Assembly: GCA_051362555.1 (NCBI GenBank)
Contig: CM120640.1
Span: 44,680,788-44,744,787 of the forward strand
From: Lingula anatina
Taxonomy: Eukaryota; Animalia; Brachiopoda
Reading direction: 5' to 3'
Length of the DNA: 64,000 nucleotides
Numbering within the stretch: position 1 is the stretch's first letter; each line of letters opens with the position of its first letter. A program made the position numbers and the translations under genes. This document shows positions 37,501-50,100 of the stretch, piece by piece. The notes under the pieces were generated by a model, which worked only from the letters and a program-made list of their open reading frames with translations, did no database searches and had not been told where the DNA came from.

Positions 37501-40500
37501 TTCATCACTAAAAAAAAAAAAAAAAAAAGAAACTATTTGCATAATCAATACAACTACAAAGCTAAAAGCAGAGATTTTTGAATTGATTTTTATAGACTAA
37601 TTCCAAAACATGCCCTTGGCAAAATCTGATCCACAGAAATAAAGTATAAATAGTCAGCAAGGACCAAATGTATGGTACTTAAATCCTCACAGGGCAATAA
37701 TGATTAAGATGCCAGTGCAGTTTTGTACAAAGCCCCAATATTAAGCTTTGACTAGGTATGGATACATGTATACAAACACGCATATACAGATAGAAACAAA
37801 AACACACACTAAAGAATAAGTGCCCTATTCAATCTGCTTACCTTGGAGGTCTCCTGAGAGCAGGTTCATGGCAGTCTTGATGATAAACTTTTGGGCATGT
37901 GGAACATAGGATCAAGTTATCTGCTGCCTCACACACTGTGCACACTTCTTCATGGACTATCTCTTCATCATCACCATCATCTTCACCCTGAAATAATAAT
38001 TGAAGTGCCTTAATGTTAAGTGTTCTCAGATCAATGCTAAATATAAATAAATGAGACTGAAGGCAGACCAACCTAAAATTTACATTACAATCTGTGTACT
38101 ATAAAACAAAAGATAAACTTCCCATAAGCCTTTTGTGTTTTCCAATAATGAGAGAAGAGTAAGAAGACTATTATTTAGACCTAGTGATATCTCATTCATT
38201 AATATCAGCTTTCTATCATAATGTACAATATAAGTATATACCTCAGATGAAGTTTCACCCGACATGTCCTTGTAGTTTGGACGGGATCTCTCTCTCCGTC
38301 TTTGTGAGCTTGGCTAAATATACAGCATGAACATTTATTCACACTCAATTAATATATTTTACATTGCATAACAATCATGTTATAAAAGAAAAGAAACTTG
38401 CATCAAATGGTTTTTTAAACAGCCTGATAAATTGTAGTTGTAGGCATTACCCCAATAGTATGAAATATAATTTTTCCATGATTCCAATTTACTCAAATAA
38501 GCATTACTATAATCTTTGTAAAATTTTGTTTAATTCAGTCTGTTTCAACGACCAACATTTTGAAGATTAACTTTCAATATATAATGAATTTTATAACATT
38601 ACAAAACAAAATGATAAAATAATAATAATGAAGGATAAAAGACAGTTAAAAACATATAAGTGTAAATGAAAAGATAGGAACAAATAACAAAGAAACCCTT
38701 GCCACTTCCCTACTTGTCTCTCTCTTTACATGTAAAATGTTTTTTTATAATTATACAAAAAAGGTAAAACAAAATCCCTTCATAATGTGGCAATATGCTA
38801 TAGTATGAAAGCTTACAATGCAGGCAGGACAGAACCACTCTCCCTCTGGAATAGACAGCAGCACTGGTCTCAGGCAGTACAGATGGAATGGCTGGTTGCA
38901 GTCATCACACAGCAATAACTTAGCATCTTCACCTTTCTTACGGCAGATCTTGCATTTCTGAAATGGAAGGTATTATGGGGGGTGAGTGTATTTGGGGAGA
39001 AACACAAAACCTTGTATACCATAAAAGCTTTAATAACTTGTAGCACAGTAGGTACCTCATCCTCGAGAACTGACCCTCTAAAACAAACGTACTGCAAGAC
39101 ATATTTTATGCCTACCAACACTACATTATTCTCAGAAAAGCACACACTTTCTCTCACCTTTTCATACAGACAAACACACTTCTAATCCGTTCATACAGTT
39201 TACTAACTTCTCAAAGTGGCTGAGATGATATGTGTTATTATATATCTGGCAAGCAAATACTGGTATATGTCTACATATACATTACAATTCACAACACGGG
39301 TCTTTTTTATGATGCTCACCGCATTCTCGGCAGATTTTTCCCATTTAATACAGGAATCTAGGATGCCCAGAAGAACATGCAGCCTTGATACTGTAACGCA
39401 ATTCTCCACAGCATCCATCCAAGCAAGTACTACAGGAGATGTGGGTATCTCTGCTTCTGGGGGAATAAAGGACATACATTCTTTACATAATTTCAACCAA
39501 GAAACACAACTTGAACAGTTTTCAACAGCTAGATACCAACCTTTAAACATATGACTAGTGCTTCTTGACCTTCTTTGTTAACTGCAATAATGTATATCCA
39601 TCATCTTCACTACTGAGCTTTCTGAATGAAAGAAGCAAAGCAGCAAAATGTCACATATTACCAATCAGTGGTAGTTTCAAACCTTCTGTACCTGTTACTG
39701 TGTCATCTTCCACTTTTGGCACTTTCTTGGCCATAGCTCCTTGAATGAATTTCTCCAGAACATTGGCCTGAGTCTGAATCAAACAGGCACCCTGCAATAC
39801 AAAACCATCAGTCTTACAGGATAATAAAACCATATGCATCAGAGATTTTAGCTCATTAGTTTTGACCCAGTTCCAGACACTGTGCACAGGTGCCGTGGCA
39901 GTAAGGGTACATCATGATGACAAGCTGGACAAGGCAGAAGTGAGGATGGTTAGATGAATGGCTGGAGTTTCATACAAGGACAGGAAGGCAAATGCAGAGC
40001 TGCGTTAAGAAATGGAGATAGAAAATATCACAGGGTGAAAAGAGCAACAGGGTTTGAGGTGGGGAAGGAGGCCTCCAAGTAGACCAAGGTTGACTTGGAG
40101 GGACGCAGTGACTGCAGACAGGAGACAGCTCCAAGCTGAAGATAAAGATCCCAGAAACAGACAAGACTGGAGGAGAGCCATATGTGGGAAAAGGTTCAGA
40201 AGATGATGTCTTGATGTAAAGTGACCACTTTACCTGTAACAGGTCAACATAAGACAACTATTCCCAACTACAAAATTCATATACACACACCGTATGGCCA
40301 TTTCTTAAAACTTATTTGGCAGTATTTATTTTAGACTTAGTAAAACGTTAGAATTACAGTCTCCTTTCTGTCATTTTTCTCTTGTTGTTGAATTTGACAA
40401 CTATGCCACAGAGTTTCATGTGGAATCAGTGAAGGTCTGCTTACCAAATCTTTAACGTCCTTTGCTTTCAACAACTGTGCCTGCCATTTGTCAAAGTTTT

Positions 40501-43500
40501 CAACTCCACCCAGTCCACCATTACGCAGTCTGGATTCTGTCTCAAGTAATTCCTGAAGCAAAACACATTTAAAAACAATTTAATTATCTGCTGGTGTGGC
40601 ATGATGTTCTATGTAGCTATACAGATCTTGCATATGTAACAGAGTCATCCAATTATTACCTGCAATTATTAATTTTCAACTTCAGATCCTTCCAGTTGGG
40701 ACTTTTGAATCAAAATTGCTTCCATCTAGTGTCATAATTTCCAAGCTACCAGATAATCATTTCATCCCATTTTCAACACAATAAAGGAGAGGCTTTGTCA
40801 CAAATCTGATGGTACTTGCCTGTTTAAACCCTTCCCATAGCTCTGTTTCTCCATCATAAGTTCTAAGCTCATTATTAGTTCTGGAAGCAAGAGATTGAAA
40901 TTAATTTTTTTTTAATTAAACAGATTTTTATGAAAAAAATTTAAATCTTCTACAAATAAGGGAAGGTGATAAGATGAGAATGAAAACCCCTGAATTCAAA
41001 GAGTCAATTGATTATCACATTCCTGACTTTAAAATAAAAGCACAAATATTAAAGGATGCAGACAGACAAGATGAGGGCAAATCGATAACAAACCTCTGTG
41101 CTACAATTATTGCTCTACAGACATCCTGATATTTCTTCTTCAGTTCTGCTTTGAGATTGCTCTCCCGTATCCCCTGGGGGTGAAGGCTCTCTATGAGTGC
41201 ATCAACTTCCTTGACACTGTCATATGTGAACCAAAGGTTCTGTCCGCTGTGTGGAAAGCTGACAATTATACAAACAAATGCCAGAATTAGAAACAAAAGT
41301 GCCAATTTTTTTTAGTTGGAGACCCGCAAGCTCACCAAATTCAATGTTTAGCAGATCACTAAATCTGGGTGCACAATATTTTATTATTTTCTCTTAAAAG
41401 ATTTAATATCTTGATGATTAATATTTTGTACTTTATTGTTCTGATTTATAACCCTACCAGTTCAATTCATAGTACGCAATAAAAGGTGTATGACTTTAAA
41501 ACTGTAATATGCATTCACCTAGTTTCTTCCTGAATTGTCTTTTTCTTTCTTCCTCTTTTCTCTTTCTTCTCTTCATCATCAGGTGCTGGTTCCTCTGTGG
41601 CAGTGGATTCAGGTTTTTCTTCTACTTTTACTTCCTTTTTAATGGGGGTTTCAGTCTCCAGCTCCACTTGATAATCTATTTCTTTTGGAGCCCAGCCTAA
41701 AAAAAGATCAATTTCTGTGCCAATGACAAAACTATTTGCAATCCAAACCAAACACTGCATTTGGATATATGTTCATAAGGTAAAAATTGAAAACTTTTAA
41801 TGCTTCTGAGATTTTCTTCCTTTCTGCCATGGAAGAATTGGAAAAAATTTGTTAAGAGTGTGGCATTTTCCAGGATGTAATCAGACTCTCCAATGGAAGG
41901 TTCAGCAAGAACAGACATACCTTTCTCTATATACAGCCCTGGTGTAGTGTGTGAAAACACCCAGTATCTGTTGTGGAATCGGTCAGTGCCAATAGGCGCC
42001 TGACGCAGCACCAGCTTGGCTCTGGCTATGCCATCCTACAGGGAAAATGAAGTTCTTTTCTTAACTAAATTTAGTTAATTTTATATACAGGGGTATTCTA
42101 GGCAGGTAAAAGGGTATTAAAAAGGAATTACAAAATTTAACCTAAAATAGCTACAAATCACTTATGCATTCTAAATAAACTTACCAAAAATTCTTTTTCA
42201 AATTTGGCTTTTCTTTGTTCTTCATTTTGCTTCTCCAACCTGCAAAGTATAAAAAATATGCTCATTATCTGTTCCTGAAAACCATTTGCACTTAGTTACA
42301 CACTAATACAAAGAAGGGGGGGATGACTTGTTTATAATTTCAATATTGCTTACAGGAGTTTCTTCTCTTGCTCTTTTTGTTCTTTGATGGCAGCAGACTT
42401 GGATGCCATAAGTCTTCTGCGTTTCACAACTGATGCTAGATCATTCCCTTCTAGGTCAAGGTCTTCATTCTCAGAGGGAGCAGCACTGGTTGGTTCGCTG
42501 TCAGGAGCTTTCTTCCCTTTCTTGCCATAAAAGCTGGCTGGCTCAACACCTAGAAACCCATATAATAGAACTGATGTTGTATTTGTCTCATTTGTTAAGA
42601 ATTTATGACCTTGTATCTAAAAACACAAAATTCCATGGCAACAAATAATCTTTTAGAGTAGATGCAAACAGAAAATAACAGCAACTCTTGTACATGCCAT
42701 ACCCTCTTTTTGTTCCCCTCCTTCCTTCTTGGCTTCTTTATTCTTCTGTTTTTCTTCTCTCAGTTTTTCATTCTTTTCTTTGAGTTCCGCAATCCTTTGT
42801 TTCCTATATTACATTTGAACAGTTAAAGTCAATTACAAAAAAAAAAAAAAAAGTCAATTCTCTTGTCTGCTGGTTCAAAACTACAAATGATGTAAATCAA
42901 GTTACATGTGAGTCAATACAGGACTCATGTGGGGAGGGGTGTAAATGTACGTAGGTATAGATATTTTCAATTGTCCTATTAGTTTATAAAGCCATATATT
43001 ATCAAGTCAAACAACTAGGCAAACCCCAACTCATCTAAAATATTCTATGACAAAAGTGCTCACTTGGGATTGGAACAAATCCAAGGCCTGTACTTACCAA
43101 AGCTGTGAAGCCTCTGTCTGCTGCTCCTCCATATGGTCCTGCACAGAGTATGAGCCCATGATACGGTGACAGAGACCTCTCAAGACCTGCAGCTTGTCTT
43201 CAGGAGACAGCTCAAAGAACTCCATTGTCTCCAGCTGCTGGATCAAGTTGTCAGGCTGAGGTAGACATTATATTTATTAAAGAAACTGCTTTGAATTGTC
43301 TCCATTCAGCATAATCTGCTAAGGATAGACACAGTTACCAGTTGATGAAATCCAAGAGTAATTCTTTATTCATTTCCACTTATATGTTGTAAAGCAAGAA
43401 AATCAAGCCCACATGAATGACTAAGACATACATAATAAGTTGTTTTTAAAATAGCTGCACAAATTTGACAGAGGGAGCTTACCACTTCTGTCTCTTCCTC

Positions 43501-46500
43501 CATCTCCTCACTGTCCCTAGTGTCTTCACTATGTTTGCTAGCACCATCGTCAACATCGTGCTTCCTGAGGCACAGGCGTAACAGTTCCGAGCAGGTGAAC
43601 AGGTTCACTGGAACATCTGACAGGGGGACCTTTAGCTCCTTGTAGTCCTATGTCAAGAAATAAGATTAACTAAACAGATTTTTAATCATCTGATCTCTGA
43701 AAACATGTTCACAATTGATATAACTGCATAGCTATTTACACTGGAAAATATTTTTCTTTTCACATAATACTATTATCAATTACTTAAAGCAACCAATAAA
43801 GTTTCTATTAGTTAGGACTATTTTACATATAGACTAATAAAGCTGTCAATCTACTCACCTCAGCAATCCCATCTTGCAGTAGTGTCTGCAGCAAAACCAC
43901 CAATACTCTGCCCAGGTAGGCATAGCCCTCTTTGCCACTCACCAACGCCTTCATCAGGGCATCTGAAAGCAGAAAAACTACATAAGAACAGCTGATCCTA
44001 TTCAATACTGATAATAGCATAAACCAAGTTATTGATTTTCATAACCAACCAGGATTGGTTATATGTAGTGCACTACATGTAAATCACTTGTGGGATTATT
44101 TTAGCAATTTTTTCACCTACTCAAAATAGATGACTAACTGGCAAAGAAACCGAAATCATTTAAAATTATAATTAACTTTCAGCCAGTTTTACAATCTGTA
44201 ATCATTCTAGAAATGTGATTACTACAGTAAATTATCATAATGAACATCATTACAATAATCTGTCAATTAATTTAACACTATTATGGTCACTGCAACCTTG
44301 AATCTCTAGTGTCTTTAAATGTACACAAGCCCCATTAAATATCCAATCAGAACTATGACTGTAATGAAATATATAACTATTATTCTCAAAATCTCATTTA
44401 ATTTACCTGACATGATGGCATAACTATCATCAGGCATTAATAGCTGACTATAACTGCTGATGAATTCCGTAACCATGGCAACTTCACCAAACAGTTCATT
44501 GACCATTCCATCAGGGGTTGGCACAAGTTTTGGGGCAGGCAGCGACTTCAGGTCACTGAGATCTTGGTCATCATACAGCTTCAAGGAAAAGAAAAACCAG
44601 AAGGGTTAAAACTATGCACAAACCATCAATGAAAGTCAATCACATGTAGATACATAATATTTCTAAACTCTTATCTTATTCGGTGCCAAATCTCTTTTCA
44701 AAATATTTACAAAATATTTTGCAGGACCAACAACTCTTTTATTTTAATCATACATATAAATATTAAGTCAACATTTCAACTGAAAAACACATATAAAATG
44801 TCACATTTGTTAACTATACCTTCTTTTTCTCAATCATTTTCAATCTGCACTTCTCATGCTGCATTTTTATTTTCTTCTTCATATATTCTTTCTTTTCTTC
44901 TGCACTCATTGTCTTTCTGGGTGATTAAAAAAAATATCAAAAAATTTTAAAAGTCCAGTATCAACTGAAAAGCAGATTTATTCTAAAAAATCCATTCTTA
45001 AACTATAAAGATTGATTTCACCGTTGTTTTAATGTGTCAAAGATCCAATGTAGCTGTAGAATATCACTTGTTCTTTAACGGACTTAAAATTTTTAACAAT
45101 TCAAGCAAAAGCCATCAAATAGTTGCAAAACATACACCAATATTGCAATTACTTACAATTTTTTCAATTCTTCAAAGCGTTCGTATTTTGCATCAACCAA
45201 TTCTTTTACTTCTGGAGGCAAGATATTCCTCTGCTGTGCAGAAAGAACTTTAGCTGCCTGGTACACAAGTTGCTTCAATAGTTTAGCATCGTCTGCCTTT
45301 AAGGCTTTCTGGATTCTATTTTTTTCAAATGGAAAAAAAACTTCATAAACCTTTATTCTAGTATACAGGTACCCTACTCTGTAAGTGGTTCTTCATGAAA
45401 CTCACTTGTCATAGTCAACTTTTAAGTTAGAGAGACTTCATATAAATATCAACAAATCAAAGCAAATATCTTGAGTTAATCAAATTTTGTGTAGTGAATA
45501 CACGCCTTACAACATTTCAACGACATTTTCACTGGAGTCAATTAAGGGCCCTTTAAGAAGAAGTTACATCTATTCTCCATGAAATCAAACCTTTCACAAT
45601 ATAGGTGTACTTACTTGCCAGAGATCCTAGGCATTGGGGTGGACTTCCTAGGAGATTTGGGGCTCTTAGGGGTGTCAGGCTTGGTCCCAGAGTTTTTAGA
45701 CATGTCCAGCAGTGTCATTTGCTTCAAACCCTTTTAAAAAACCAGAGGGATATGAAGAAAAGTCTCATTCGAGTATCATGTAACTAGAATTCATTGTTGA
45801 GCTTTCATATGCCTAAAACAATGGCATTAACATTCAGTTTAAAGTATCTTTATGACAAATGCAATTTCATGCATTAAGATTAAAAAACTACCATCATTAT
45901 TTGACAAAGAGAGCAGATATGTTCTTTAACGATAAAAATTGTTAACACCTAAAACACATATCATACAAAGTCAAATAATCAAATAAATATATCCAATACA
46001 ATATCTAACCTTTTTCTTGGGGGTTTTCTTATTTTCATCTTTCTTGGGGGTCTTTTTAGGGGTCCCTTCTTTGCCTTTCTTCTCTGGTGTTTTCTTTTTC
46101 TTAGGTGTGCTTTCATTTTTTTTCTTCTTTTGGGGAGTCGATTTAGTAGACCCATTTTTAACTTTCTTTTTCGGGGAGCCAGATGCAGATTTTGTTGGAG
46201 ATGATTTAGCAATACTGGCAAGAGTTTCGTTTTCACTATCAGATTCTCCAGAACTCAGACTTTCCTTTTTCCTTTTTCCAGCCAAACCTGGGCTCTTTTG
46301 TATGGAACTCAGAACAAAATCATCAGAACTGTCGCTGTCTAGGTCAGTGACTGCTTCCTTCTTCTTAGAAGTTGTGTTATTTTTTTTCTTTGGAGTAGAG
46401 TTTATTTGTCCATTTACACCAGTCTTCTTTTTAACAGGAGAAGATACAGTTTTCTTTTGCTGGCTTTTGTTTTTAGACTGCTTGTCCTTGTTTTGCTTTT

Positions 46501-49500
46501 TTTCATCAGTTTTGATCTTTTTAGCCACAGGTGTTTTAGGCTTAGATGTTGACTTCCTTTTCTTTGCAGCTTCCTCTGCTTTACGAACAGCTTCTGCCAT
46601 CTAAAATTGATATACAAGCCATAATTTTTAACATACAAGTACAGTAACATGAATAAAAAGCTACTGTTTTTATTTAACAGGAATTAAATCAAACTTCCCA
46701 TTACTTACAAACTTACAAATTACAGAGACACAACACATTCAAGGAAAACAAAAAACACTTTATGTTATTTTTCCTTTTCATATTATTTATCTACACAAGC
46801 AATGAACATAGCGGTTAATAAATTAATTTCAATAATCCTAAGAAATTTTCATATACACAAGTGCCTTTTGATATCATTTCAACAAAGTGGCAAGTATTTT
46901 CAATTATCATAGTTTACATACTTTTACAGGGGACTGCAGAAAGAAGTCATTGAATTTCCCTGGCAGTGAATGCCTTTTCACCATCTCTTCATCCACCACC
47001 CAGGGTCCTGTCTGATTGGGACCCATACGCACAGCATGAGCACGTATGAACAGGCGAAGCAACTCTTTTGACGGGGGCTTGGTTGTCCTCCTGGTATAAA
47101 AGAACTCAAAGTCACATATACGTATCTAAATAACATAAATTAAGAACATAGTAGAAGAAGAAACACAGGGGAACAGTCAGAACTGCAGACCATGTTTTGA
47201 GCAACTAATCTTTAGCCATGTGACCAGGCTAGAGAAGATACAACACAATCAGGTATTGCCTGAATAATTCCTCTGTTCTACATTAATATTTCATGTACAA
47301 AAGTTTTGAAAAAATTCAAAGCAAAAATGAATCATTCCTAATCCATCTGGTCAATTATTTATGCCAAATAATCTATATAATTAAAAGACACGTACAGTAT
47401 CTATGTACTGTAAATTTACACACAAAAACAAAAATTAGGTAAGCCGATGTTTCTTGTCCTTACATGAGATCCAAAGCAGGAATAGAGCTGATAATCTTAT
47501 CCTGTCCTTCCAATTTCAAGTTGTACCTATAAGGCAGAAACTGTAAGAAAAGGACAAGGAATTTAGAGACTAATACAAGCATGCTGTTAAATATTTCAAA
47601 AGAAGTAAATCATAGAATCTAATGCAAAATATATACCACTCCCATAGTCTTGCCAGGAATCTGTCACCAAATAACCAATAACTCCTTACAACAAAACATT
47701 AGTAAATTGGACCACAAGTCAATTGAAATAATGTTCAAATAAAAGACAGTAAAATATTTAATTCCTAGTATGTGCTGTTTCACTTATAAAGGAATGTAAG
47801 TCATTTATGAAGTGGAGAATTTATGTATTGTGTAATATGCTGCACCTTTGGTATAGACCATTTCTTGGGAGTTCCACTGGTGCTATTAGTTTCTTCTTCC
47901 TGGTTATTTGAAGCATTTTCCTTGTCACTGGCTGGTGAACTGCCATTGCTAACTGCATTCTGAGAAACACTTGTATCAACTTTAACAATTGTTCCTTTGA
48001 TTCTGCAATCATGTAAGATTAAATTATCCAAAGATAAATTTAATTATTCACACATCAAAGAAAAAATAATCAGATTTCATTTTGGCATTTTACTTTTGAA
48101 GCAGTATATGATAGTGTGAAAATTACACAAGTCATTAGAACAATTTTACAAGAACAAATTCACTAAGCAAATACTGATTTACAATTATTCAGATTTATGC
48201 ACATGATCTTTAATATATATCTAAATATATCAATAACAGCATGTATAACACTTACATCTTTCCCCCTGCCTTGTGTTTCAAAGCCACTGACTCATCTACT
48301 ACAAATTCTTGATGTATTTTGGTCCAAACTTGATCCACCAAGTTTTCCAATGCAGTGGTACCTTAAAAATGAGAATCAATCATAACAATTAATTTGTGAT
48401 GTAAAAGAAAAAAAAATAAAATAAAAACGCACTGTTATCGATAATTTCACAGATTTTTGTTTTCAGATGGTTAAAACATGTAGGAAAAACCTTCGATTAT
48501 TTATAACCAGTCATAACTTTAATCATAATAACAAACCTGGGGTAGCGCTAACACTCGCCAATTTAGCCAAATGCAAAAACTGACTAAAATTGGCTAAACA
48601 AATTAGGGTTGATTTGACTCACTTTAGTCAAATTTAAACCATTTGTACAAAAAAGCAATGAAAAAGTAGTAATTTGGCTAAACGAAAAAAAAAATTGCTG
48701 GCGCCACCCCAGCAAACGTTTTATAAATTATCACAATTAACATCAAAAAGTTTAAATGTTTATAGATTACTTAAAAAGGAATAAGCTGTACTAAAGATGA
48801 AAAAAGAGACAACATGTTACTTTATAAATACTATCCATTGGCATTTACTTTTTAATTCTTTCTTGGGATGGGAAGGAAGGGGAGGGGTCAACTATAACAC
48901 AGGCATACTTACTATGGTGCACTTGCAGCAACACTGGCTTAACAAATACTGGAGAGAATTGCTCCTTCAGCAGCCTGTGTACCTCCTGTTCTGACTTGAC
49001 AGCCTCCTCATAGGTCAGATTGATATGACCTGTGCACTGACAACTCCACACATTGTCCTCATACAAGGTCTTACGCTGCTCATACTCACTAGGTTGGCAT
49101 TAAGGAAAACAGTCTTAAGAAGGGAGATCAGTCATGAAGTAAGTTGAATCTAGGTTTAATTCTGAACATCAGATTATTTCAGAATGCTGATATTTAAGTA
49201 GTGACTAAAATGGATTATATGCGCTAGATGAAGAGGTCTCAGAGACCATCAAATCCTTATTTCCTAACTACTTACCTGTATAATTGCTGGCATAATCAGA
49301 GCCATGACAGATAGCAAGTCTTTTTGTAGTTTAAGATGTAATGTTTGGCAGAGGTAACTTATCCCATAAAATAAATTGCCAGGAATAATAATTAAAACAG
49401 AAAATAAAAATCAATTTCATTTTGTTTACATATGATCAGGTGCCAATAAATCAAATCTTTGGGTAAAATATAAATGCTTACAAAATTTAAGGAAAGAAAT

Positions 49501-50100
49501 AATGAACAAATTCATATGTTCACTACATCTAAGCATGTCATCCATTTAGTTGCAATGCAGGTGTTCAAGGCAAAAGTGGGACAAAAGGCATGGTGAGAAA
49601 AATCCAACATGGCTGTCACGGGGGTTGGCATTTTCAAGTTACTCAAATCACACCCCTTTCACATCATACATATAGAGATAGCACTTCAGGGAGTCAATTT
49701 GGCTCACAGCTGTCATGCTGTGCAACGTCAACGTCACTAAGGAAATGTAAACAACCGAAATGTGCCGGTAGCGTTCATCACAACAGGTGCGATGAAAAGC
49801 GAAAAACTACAAGATTTCAAATAATAACACATGCATTCAATACAACAGCCCCTTATTACACCATGTGTGATTTTTTGTGGTCAGGTAGGTCATAATCACA
49901 GAGAAAACTCCGAAAAACAACACAAAAATGCCATTTTCATGCGCGCCGCCATCTTGGCGAAGCAGGTGCGAACAACGTAAAAGATACTCCTTCGATCTGA
50001 ACTGTTCCTTGGTCTGTGGAATGGTATAAATGGTCTCATTAGGATCGAAATTCTTCAGAGGCTTTGCTGGGGTATATGGCTTCCTCCCAAGAAGCGGCAT
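34575..50100 (-). CDS. BAZ1B: BAZ1B/WSTF-like chromatin remodeller subunit (WAC-DDT-WHIM1/2/3-PHDx3-bromo), about 1613 aa, 34 exons
   Basis: Exons 50100-49988, 49088-48913, 48361-48256, 48002-47846, 47540-47464, 47090-46922, 46600-46010, 45730-45615, 45315-45157, 44916-44820, 44578-44407, 43962-43859, 43647-43483, 43255-43098, 42803-42703, 42549-42354, 42239-42185, 42035-41921, 41696-41519, 41258-41094, 40880-40820, 40552-40445, 39791-39692 (donor ambiguous), 39456-39320, 38957-38817, 38313-38242, 37987-37842, 37481-37391, 37049-36972, 36668-36517, 36264-36063, 35465-35388, 35221-35078, 34736-34575; phases are consistent throughout. Motifs MPLLGRKP, WSCQCTGHINLTYEEA (WAC), PIGTDRFHNRYW, GQNLWF..LHPQGIRESNLK, IKWEKSAENAKCKICRKK (PHD), SWPFREPV..VPDY (bromo). 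Confidence 0.93.
35873..35987. repeat. Long inverted repeat (45-bp arms, 25-nt loop) in a BAZ1B intron
   Basis: ATGAATAACTCTGATACgggAACTTACATTTAGCAACTGACTGAC (35873-35917) pairs with 35943-35987, with 2 mismatches. Confidence 0.9.
48537..48712. mobile_element. 176-bp MITE in BAZ1B intron 2 with apparent 5-bp TSD
   Basis: TIRs CTGGGGTAGCGCTAACA and TGCTGGCGCCACCCCAG. CAAAC flanks both sides (48532-48536, 48713-48717). Internal TTTAGCCAA/TTGGCTAAA repeats. Confidence 0.7.
49089..49987 (-). other. U12-type (minor spliceosome) GT-AG intron, BAZ1B intron 1
   Basis: 5' site GTATCTTTT. Branch sequence TTCCTTAAT (49107-49099) lies 10 nt before the exon. No polypyrimidine tract. Phase 2; splicing restores the frame. 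Confidence 0.8.

Noticed and set aside
36063-38313. Duplicated PHD module as an assembly artefact
   Set aside because: The exon copies differ at many synonymous sites and the introns are dissimilar.
45609-45620. GC donor (G|GCAAGT) in BAZ1B exon 8
   Set aside because: It is out of phase with the next exon; the overlapping AA|GTAAGT donor gives the right frame.
46017-46604. 195-aa Phe-rich ORF on + (membrane-protein-like)
   Set aside because: It is the antisense shadow of the Lys-rich BAZ1B exon.
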